Source: Botryllus schlosseri (taxonomy: Eukaryota). Taken from it: DNA of 64,000 bases. The stretch lies in contig CM119376.1 in assembly GCA_051294905.1 (NCBI GenBank), positions 18,414,001 through 18,478,000 on the forward strand, in the 5' to 3' direction. The stretch's first letter is position 1. The number at the start of each line of letters is the position of its first letter. Made by a program: the position numbers and the translations under genes. The notes under the pieces were generated by a model, which saw only the letters and a list, made by a program, of their open reading frames with translations, did not search any database and was not told the origin of the DNA. Of the stretch, positions 1 through 10,500 are shown piece after piece.

Positions 1-1067
1 GCTGTCAAAATCCCCCGCAACTTCGTAAAAGTTAGTAACAATTCATAATTTTTGAATGTGAATGTCTGCTGTTAAATAACGTGAATTCAGAGAATAGTAA
101 TAGCATCTTGGAAAATGCATCGGAGTTCGGGATATATCTATGAAACAAGTGGTTCCAGATCAACTGGAATTTCACGTCGAGCTCCGCCTCCATTTCCGTT
201 AAACCTCGGTAATGGACTCCGGCAAGATCCAAATCTGATATGCTTACCCGTCCAAATTAATGAATAAATTAAAAACTGTTACGCATGGCAACTCACCACA
301 TATATTCATTGGTAGTAGGATTCAAACAAGATATCTGATTCATATATATTCGAATGCATTGAAATATCTCGGACGTAAACTATACGAAGATACGTAATTG
401 TACAAAGACGGAAAAACGTTAGAGAACGAACAGCGTGAAAATATTCCGATATATAACAGTTAAGAAACCATTGCTACGATTAAGCACACACACAGTGACT
501 TTGAAAAATCACAATACTATATTTGGCTTTGGTACGATTAGTAATTAAAAGTATGACCAATCGAATTTCCCGATGTCAGCCTTCAACTAGTAATCAAGAT
601 AAAGAGTGATGAAAACGGTATTAATTCCGTCGTAAAACCATAGCCTTATCCGTGTGTAATGTGTATATCTACCGCACAAATTAAATTTAACTCAATTTAC
701 CATCCAGCTATTCAAAATAGACATATCGAAAACATACGAAAATGGCTTAGACTGGCAGTGCAGATTTCGCCCGAAGGCGGTTAGATAACATACGAGGAAG
801 GGGCTATCAAAGAATATAAGCTTCGAATATTGTGACGTAATGACGAAGCAATGCCGTTTCTCCCACTAAATAACATTTTCTGCATCATTCATTTTTCCTG
901 CCGATCGGATATCCATTATTGACGATTGCGGTGGTCGACATACTCGAAATAGTTTGGATTTAACGCGGTGTCCAACCTCTCAATTCTGTAAGTGTCACTC
1001 TATATCTGTCCCCGAACAGCACTTGCGGCGCTACTTTCAAATACTCGATCCTGAGTCTTAATTTGCG

Positions 1068-1570
1068 TCACACGTAATATTCCTGATCCACGTTACTACC
1101 ATTTTTCCGTTTCGATTTTTTCTTATTGTTACGTAACGTTCCGTTTCTGCTGTTGCTAGCTACCGGCGCGTGGCCGTTAGAATGACACGGAGACGATCTG
1201 TGTCCTTTCCGGTACCTGTTGTTTTGTCTGTGTTTGAACTTGAAAATCGCCCATAAAAGTGTCGCGATCGTCAACACCGCAGCTCCAATGATACCGGCGA
1301 TTACGGCCGTGGTCCCGTTGAAGAATTTTCCGAACATGCTCGTTGCTTTGAGCGTGTCGTCGGCTTTTAAGTTGTCCATCCCCGAGCCGTTGTTTGAAAT
1401 GTTGTTTGCAGCTCGTGTCGTCGGACTGGGGTTTACTAACGAGGGTCGGGTTGTTTTTATCGGTGTAGCAGACGGGGTTGCCTTCGTCGTCAGAATAACA
1501 ACCGATGGTATTTTGGCTCCAGGCGTAATCTGCGATGTTTGACCGTCGCGGAGCATAGCGTTTTCGAGGT
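1068..1570 (-). CDS. NRXN: neurexin terminal exon (stalk, TM helix, cytoplasmic tail, PDZ-binding EYYV)
   Basis: ctctag| phase 1 (alternative aag| at 1585); [34 protein letters not shown]. Confidence 0.95.
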
Positions 1571-4500
1571 CTAGAGTGGTGGTTTCTTCAAGAGAGTGTT
1601 GTTGCCGCCATGGTGCGTTGTGATCATCGTCATCAGGTGTCGACGGGTGTGGATGGGTGGGAAGAGAAGAAGAAAATGATCAAGATCGTAAGCAATGCGT
1701 AAATGAAATGAAGGGTGTGCGAAGAAGCAGTGGAATCTGAGATTTGAGCAGTTTCGTGGGATCGGGAGATGAGTGTAGTGTCAGAGTGAGATGCAGATGG
1801 AGGATAAGAACGACGGTCTCGGCGGCCAGTTGCGAATTAAATACAGACCGTTATTTATCCGCAGTCCGCACCCAACTACCACACGAGCTGCGTATGCCTA
1901 TTTGTAACTGTTGGTCTAACGAGGCTGGAAAATGATCGTCCCTAGACTTGGAGTTTAATTTTTGTATATTTGATACATTCACTAAACATGAAAACATTTT
2001 GATAGACATATAGCAGGTCGATATTTATTGAGTCAATGGTTTCGTAACCACAAGAAAGTACTTTTAAGGATATATTTTTCTTTATAAATAATATAAATAG
2101 GAATTGGTCAGTGCAGTACTACGCGTAAGACATTTCTAACCATATCTATATGGTTATTGAATACAAAGTCTGATTATTAGAAACTTATTCGATAGACATT
2201 GCGTGCCTGCGCCATAGCGGTGTAAGAGGTACTAGATTGTGAACGTTTGCAAAGGTTATAAAAATGTACTGCATAGATTCGGACAGCTTTCGATAATCGA
2301 TTGCGATCATAGATTGAGTTCAACGGAAAAATATCGCAACGCTTGATAATAATAACGTTAGCAAAGTTAGGTAATTTGACTTGCACGTGTAGGATCGGTT
2401 GCCTGACCGCGTCTGAAGAAAGAACAATATGCCTGAGGGTAAATGAGATAGAGAGAGAGAAAGAGATGTAGATTGGCGTAAGAAGAAGGTGGCAGAACAG
2501 AGATGAAGGAAAAGAAAAACAAAGAATCAGTTGCATGCACTATAAAGTTATTACACTGCATATTCGGGTGTGGTCGTGTATATGTATATTGTATAGCCAA
2601 TACCCTATAAGGAGTTACATTTGACTTGAACAAATAACATGTATATTAAAGGGAAGTATTTTTGTAGGTAAGGACATATACTAGATTGCGTACCATTTCC
2701 AGAATCCCAGAGACCTCACAGGATTGTAAGTTCAAACACTTCTATCGGTAACAATGACATCGCTAGTGTAGGTAAGAAGGATGAATCACAGTCTAAATTT
2801 AATATATGTCCCCTGCATTGAGTTCTCCGAGAAATTGGTTTTTCGGGTTGCAAAAAATATGGGAATCACTAGTTACGCGCCAATTACAAGTCACGTGGGA
2901 TGAATAGATTTCAGATTATGATAAAGGCAGTTAAGGTATAGTCACTGTATACAATTATGCCTAGCCTACGTGGAACCAGAGTGCAGGCGTGGATCAGATT
3001 TGGATAGCATGTGATACAGATATATTGCTTTCGTATCAGTACACGCAATTGAATAAATGGCTGTAACAAAAATACTATTGCGTTTTTCATCACGGACATG
3101 TAGCAGGGTGTTGCTTATTTAAGTAGTAAAGCTGTATAATAGGATGATCGTGGATAAAATAAATACCACAGATTCATAAATATATCCCTCCGCCAAAAAG
3201 GAAAACAGTAGGCTACTCACCATTACTCTCGTCACACAACTCTTCATTACAAGCGCTCGCGTTCTAAACGGTCAAAAAAGAAAGTCATTGAGATTCTCTA
3301 CACAAGAAAACTCAAAATCAAAACTCACTCCAATGCTCAAAGACTTCGACGAAGACGTCCTAAATGTCGTCATGGTAACCATAGTGGTAGTGGTTACCGA
3401 GAGAGGTGTGGGGGTTGCGGTTTCCACATACCTGGTGACATCCCCTATTATCTGCACCCTCGGGTCGCCTGCACGAAAATATACTTCTTGAGGCCGACTA
3501 ATCAACTTCGTTGAACCGAAAGTACAGACCGTTGTTGGCAAGAGAAAATACTCTGATGCCACTAAACGAAAATGCAGTCATCATCCCGGCGCATGTGTCA
3601 ATTATTTGCCCATTCGAAGAACTCGCCAGCCGGCCTCCGATTTGGATCCTGGACTTGGAATTGAAGACGGTGTTCTTCTCTTCTAAATTTCGTAGTCGGC
3701 GGATAAATGTCAGATATTGATTGGTTTCACCAATTATAGTAGAGACGTAAAGAAAGGCATGCCAAACAGCTGACAAAGTACTTGCGGTCACAGCAATCAC
3801 ACAAGCATGCTCGACACAGCATACGGTTATGGCTAAGAAAATGGTGATTTTAGTATTAACATGTATTCAGATCGAAGAGATATCATTTTGGCAGGAGAGA
3901 GTAGGCGAAAACGACCAGACGGTATATAGTTGCCAATAGCGGGTTTTGTCGGATCGATACGCTCCACGCATTGTATGTTCAAGATATCCCTGTTGATCCA
4001 TCGTTTATATATAGATAACTAACCTCCGTAGGTTAGTTATCTATAGTTTATATCAAGTTTAATCACGCTATAGTTGGCGAAAGATGTTTTATGATATAGG
4101 TAATAAACAAGTGAATAGATCGAATTATCCATGTCATAGGGCTAATACCGTTGCGGTGTGCGGAAGCAAAACATATTTGTCCCACGTGATTCGATTCTGA
4201 ATCGAGCAATATAGGCTTCGAGTCGATTCGAGGGGTCGAATCTCACTCACAATGACCTCATGAAAGCATTTGATGATTGAGTTAAAATATGTACCTTTTA
4301 TGCGACCAGAAAGAAAATAATGCCGGTCATATACATGATATACATCACATTAAATATTATTCGGAAGCTTTTCGACTATATATACCTATTTCATTGTACA
4401 TGTGACAGTGCCATGGGTTGATCATAACGACTTCGTAGAAACGGCCATTTCTACTAACGTGTGAGTAGCTTTGAACTATATGTTCCTGATGCTATGATAT

Positions 4501-7500
4501 CGCACCAATTGCGAGATTCAAGGGAAACAGTATTGGAACTATAATTATTATGATATAACTCTTCGTGGAAATGGGTCTATAATTTCAGTACGTATTGCAT
4601 AGTACCACTGTAGCGTACAATAGAACCTTGGCCAGTATGGCGTTGAGTAGGGATGGTGTGAAAGGTTCAGGTTCGTGTGAACACGAACCTTTTTGAAGGG
4701 TTCTGTGTGTACGCGAACGTGAACCTCATGACGTCACGTGACGTCATATTGCAAATTCCAGCCCCACATTTCAGTGAAGTGATAGCCTATATTAATGTAC
4801 ACGGACCTAGCGACGACTCGGGCCACCTAATGCCACAATGCTGAAGTACATATTGACGTTTTGAACGTCGCCAAATGTATCAACTGGGGCAATCAAATGA
4901 TATAATATTACCATAAAATCAATATCTTCCGTCGCTTTGCCAACAATTTCGACGAGGACTTGCAAGGGAATATATGCTTACGCCATAACGGTATAGGCCA
5001 GACCGGGCAATGTATTTGGCGTCTGAGTATTGCTACGTTGAAATTGAGCAGGGTGTAAAACGGGTTTCTATACTTGCTACCGACATTACCCCATTAAAAA
5101 GTAATACAGCAGTAGCCAACACCTCAATCGCATGGATTTGGATTTTATGGTACGATTAACATAGAAAGTCAAGATTGATTGACCCCGTGCGCCTGCTAGA
5201 TTTTTTAGCATCACGCAACGATATCAATTTCATTGGTTGATTGAGTAAGCATCATTCGCTGGCTACCTGCATGTAGTGTATTTCACTCTTGATGTTGTGT
5301 GATTGCGAGTCAAGCTCACAACAGAGAGTCACTAAATATTCACAACGGAAAGCTGGATATTTCGAGCAAACTTTTGCAATAAAGCAGGTAAAATTTTTCA
5401 GATTGTCAAGGTCCATGCTCGATTGGAGTTGATTTTTTTGCTGCCACCCCCATGCATAGAGTGTCCCGCAGTTGAAATGCAAATAATTTCAATCAAAGAT
5501 GCTATAATGAGGTGATAAGTGTAATATATGAAAAGTTTCACAGTACAGAACCTACCAAGGTTCGTTTGTGAACGTGAACCTCTAAATTTCTGACGTTCAC
5601 ACACAGAACGTGAACGTGAACCTCACGTTCACACCATCTCCAGTTGAGAATATGTGCTGTGATGTGGAAGCAAAATGGGTAACGCATCACATATTTTCGA
5701 CGTAATTCCCAACGAAATTGGATTAAGACGGTGGTCTCGTCGAGAAAGTGCAGCAGTGGAGAAAAGTTTGTCAGAAATTTCGCAAAGGGTTAAAAGCCGA
5801 TGACGCGTGATCTCGACACCACAGAAATATATGGAGTGGAATGGTGCCACTCGCTAAAATCTTCACACTTCCAACCCTAATTTGAGACCACATGGTATTT
5901 AGAGAGCGCAGTGCCCCTTTCTCGTAATCAAAGGCGCTCGTGAGACGGGGTCATTTATGCAGATTATACTTTACGTCTGTCGGGGATGTAGCTCAGATGG
6001 TAGAGCGCGCGCTTAGCATGTGCGAGGTACCGTAAATGAATATAACCCCCCCCCCCCCCGACCCACCCTCATCACCAATCACTACCCCTCCCTCCCCCCC
6101 CCCCCCCGAACAGGAAATCCATTAGAAGAGCTTCTTGGAGGTACAGAATTTCAATATACAATTGAATGGTATATTCATGTTGGGGTGGGCCCGGGTGTTT
6201 TCGGCTGGCACTCTCGGGGGTAGTCGTCAGCAACTAGTAGCTTACGATTGCCCCTGGCGGGTGTCGGCCGGGGTGTTCGGGTTCATGTCAGTGTGGATGT
6301 ACTATTTAATTGGAAGTCAATTAGGAGAAAGGACACCCAACCATCCAGTCACCACAAAGTCTATCATTGTCAGAACCATACGGCAACATAATATGAAATA
6401 TTGAAATATGAATTGAAGTCAGGCAATAATAGAGTCACAACCAACCACCCAAAAGTGGGTAGACCTCGTTCAAACCAAAAAATTGGAAAAACCCCAAAAA
6501 CAGGAAAAGTCGATTGACACGCATCAATAGGTTTCGTCCCACAGACACCACAAACCCTGAAAATTTCCAAACATACAGCTAGCGACCACACCCACTTTTT
6601 GCTAAAGATGAACTCATCTACAAAATAGCAAACATCCTTAAACCCAAACCAGTACCGTCCCCAATAGCCGCTTGCCTATTTATTGATTGTCTATTATATA
6701 CTTCACATTTACTTTATTTGAATAAACCACTAAAAGAGGTACCGGGATCGATGCCCGGCATCTCCACTTTATGATGTTATTTCGTAAACTGATAAGTTTT
6801 CCCTTTCCACAACTGTGCTATGTGATATTTGCTAGAATTTTGTTTGTCATGTCGCGTATATTATTTCACTTCGATTTCTTTCATCTAAAATCCTGCTGTC
6901 GAGCCATACTACTGAAAATGTACGGCTTCACGTAACGCCTGGATACTTGGCAGGAATACAAACTTTCGAGATCATTTTCTAGCTTCGAATCAACGCTACC
7001 GCGAGAATGTACCTCTGAAAACATGAGGTTGATTCGAAGTCAGAAATTATCTCGAACTTATGTTCTCCTGTCAAATACGGCTCTGAACAAGTAGACAGGT
7101 CTTACGTAAAGCTCTGCATTATGATTTACATTTCCAGAAATAGCAACATCCATGCAGCAGACAATAACATCTTAAAATCGGCATGCGCAATACGAAGGTT
7201 TAGTATGAAGCGGAAGGGTTAGTAAGCTACATAAATCATAGTTTAGCCGCGCTCTTAAATTTTGACTTCGGCCTGCTTAAAAGTGATACCATAGGAGTTA
7301 TCTCGATCTTCTAGGATACTCATCGCAATATATTATACAGTGGTAAAGCTCGCCGGGAAACCTTGCTTCATAATTCATAAATATAAATGTTTTGCGTACA
7401 ACACAGGCAATATCAATAGTACGAACTATACGATGGTGATGAACTGAACATCAATTCTATACCTCTACTCCTTAACCACCCCTCTGAAGCCATTTGAGCA

Positions 7501-10500
7501 AATGGTGGTATGGAGGTTCTCGCTATGTCATAGCGTTCGTTTGCGTTTCCTACAAAACACGTAGCATTAAATCGCAGAAGAAATCGTAGATCGATATACT
7601 GATGAAGCGGAAGCTGTCGTATTGTACATATTATACAAATTCTTAACTCACGCGTAATCTCCGACGGAGGTTTACTGGGAGTCTAGCTTATTTCATATCA
7701 CCAAGAATATATCACGAGAACAATATCAAACTTGGTCATGATGAAGTTGGATTATAAATACCCAGGCGTCGTTTTTGTGTTGAATGAAATCGTCTCGAAG
7801 ACTGGATGACGTAACCCGCCATAGTATACATACAGTCGTGGGATTCGTCTTGCATTTTCACTGATTGGTAAAACTTTCCTCCATACAACTTTAGTCAAGG
7901 AAAGGATTAGGTAGTTCTCATGGATAACACTTAGCCATATATAAGTATATCCTGACTCCTTGACAAATCGTTTTAAACTACTTTTTCAAGCTACTGATCT
8001 TTCTATGTCTACTTAAAGTACCGTATATAGCTTTAGCCCGCCTTCGAAAGAACTATTTTTGTTTGGGCGCAAGTTGAATTCAATTTCCCAACTGGTTAGA
8101 CTCGAATTGCCCCATCAACTCTCGACTTCAGACACCTCTTGTCATATAGAAGAACTAAATGATATGGGACAAGGTTACGAATTAGAGACATCAACAGAAG
8201 ACTGTGTACTAGTACTAGTAGTAGCAGCAGCAAATAAGTCTACTGTAAAGGATTCTCAGGATAGCACGCAAGAGATGTTAGTAAACTGTGATGGTTAGCT
8301 CCCTTTGCGACAGATCCACGCTGCACTCTGTATAAGGTTAATATGCAGAACACATGGAAAACAACAGTTCGGAATCAGCACGCGACACGCACTAACACGG
8401 ATACCTTTCGGCGCCACCCTCTGAATTGGCGATCTGTCGACTACCATCGACGCGTTCATCCAGCGCCTCTCGACAACCGCAACGTGGTATTGACCGTCGG
8501 CGACATTCATGTAACTGGTCATGGTAGTCGACTTCGTGCCGATGTTGAATGTGAGTTTCAAGCGGCCGTTTTTCTGCAAAACGATATCGACATCACGGAA
8601 ATGCTCGGGAATTTGACAGTAGAAAACACTGATAGAGAGGTGTCCTTAACCATAACCGCGGAGCTTGTCAAAGTTATAAACGCATATTTTATCAGTATAT
8701 CGGAGGTGGCCGCTTTCGAAATTACAAGGTACATCTGCGCGACTAGCGAAAAATCACTACAAATATAGGTGAGATTTTCGAAAATATATTCAGTTACCGT
8801 AAGGGGCTCTATCAGCCAATTGTCATAACAACTAAACGCCTAAAAGTGTTTCAATAAAAATCTCAAAACTACTTACTTCTTAGAAAATGGAAAGTGTATA
8901 AAAGTGAGTGGTTTTGCCTAAAAAGACTGTCAAATAGTAGTTGAGGTAATAGTCTATAAATAAACAGCAAGTTGTTCAAGTAGGCAAAGACTTGGAAAAA
9001 AGTATTATAGTATTTCGTTATTGGTTACTTCTTACTATTTCGTCGCAGATATCTATGGATATCGCAGTAAACTATAAATGGGAGTGTACAGCGAGCAATG
9101 TCCCGACTTAAAATCGTGGTTTCACTGTAACGATTTTTGTGATGGTGGCACAAGCAAAACGAAGTAACAATGTTCAAATTCAAAATCTAGAGAGCAATGG
9201 CGAACAAAGATTCATCAATTATAATGGCTAACCACAACAAATGACTGGTGAACGCGCACACCGGTATTTGATACAGAGCAATTGCAGGTGAATAACCAAT
9301 TTTGGAAATATGCCAGTAAAAAGATTTCACGGAGGACTCACAATTCTAAGTTCCATAAATTCCTTCAAATTGCCGCGCCTCAGTCCGCTGTCAATGCGCG
9401 CCAAAACGCAGTTCCTCGTCGACGTGCTGAAGTGGATGACAAGCCTATCCTCTCGCGAACTTGGCAAGCCATCCGGAGGCCAGTTATATATCATTACTCC
9501 CTCGTTGAATACGTACGAAGGCCGACCTAATCGTTTGACGGGATGAGATGTTATAATGGCGTAAAGGTGATGAGAATCCGTGCAAAATTTTATCGCCGTC
9601 GCAACGCTTGCGTAACTGTGTATAATCCAGTTCAAATATTTGAGAATATAGAATTTAGTTTTGGAATGAAAGAACACGATCACGTGGAAGGTTGTAATAG
9701 AAAGTGTACCACAGAATACAGTTACGGATATCCCTGAGCAGTGTCGACACATTCATTCAGACAATGTCACGATAGAAACCAGATTATATATATAGGAATA
9801 AAGCATGGAGAGTTTATGCATGGCTTGTGCCTAAAATACATAACGGTATGTGCGGTGCAGAACATACATATATATCAGCCAAGCAGTAAAGGCTAAAGAC
9901 AAGGCAGGTTCACACAAAGAATCAGGAAGTAACAAGACAATCTACAAAAGTAAAAACCCGTAATAACAAAGTCGATTTTCATAATATTATAATTACCGCC
10001 ACAATATACGTATGTATATGATACTCAGTAGAAAATTTGGATACATTCAATGTTATTTCCACATCTCATTCGACTTTATTCGGCATGTATGTCAAAACCA
10101 TACAGTGGGGGCGCATGCGCATTCATGCTCCATCATTGTTCAATTTTTTCATGCCACATCAGCCAATAGATGGGAGCAAAGTCACCCTGGAGCTCAAATA
10201 TATTTCAGAGCCACCGTATATATCTATGCAGTTATTCAAATCAAAGCGTGTGAAATATTTCAACAATTTTATATAGCTCAGTTTAACGCGTATACGAATT
10301 AGAAATTTTTACTCTGTATTAACGTTTAATAAGGTTGAAAAAACTACTACTATACACCTACCGGTCGTCTAGGGTGACTAATAAACACGTGTTTTCCAGT
10401 CATCAATAATTAAAATTTCAACAATGACTCAACAGGGTACTGAAACATTGCGATAACGCTGCACCGGAGTGAAAACCGCCATCCAAAAACCCCGTCCATT

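Noticed and set aside
3426-3432. Strong internal donor (CAG|GTATGT) within exon t
   Set aside because: Phase 2 use would only reach short stop-containing frames; no support without reads
4982-5022. 41-nt AG..GTAAGC segment reading [14 protein letters not shown], reminiscent of vertebrate SS4 IARQRIPYRLG
   Set aside because: Phase 1/0 breaks the frame, and it lies inside a TIR element; probably coincidental
8059-8298. Acidic 79-aa plus-strand ORF with GCT/ACT low complexity
   Set aside because: Starts at TTG, no homology; the minus-strand phase-1 reading stops after 22 codons
8343-8768. 141-aa plus-strand ORF (and similar antisense ORFs at 1219, 3288, 9282, 11481, 17415, 57963)
   Set aside because: Antisense shadows of neurexin exons
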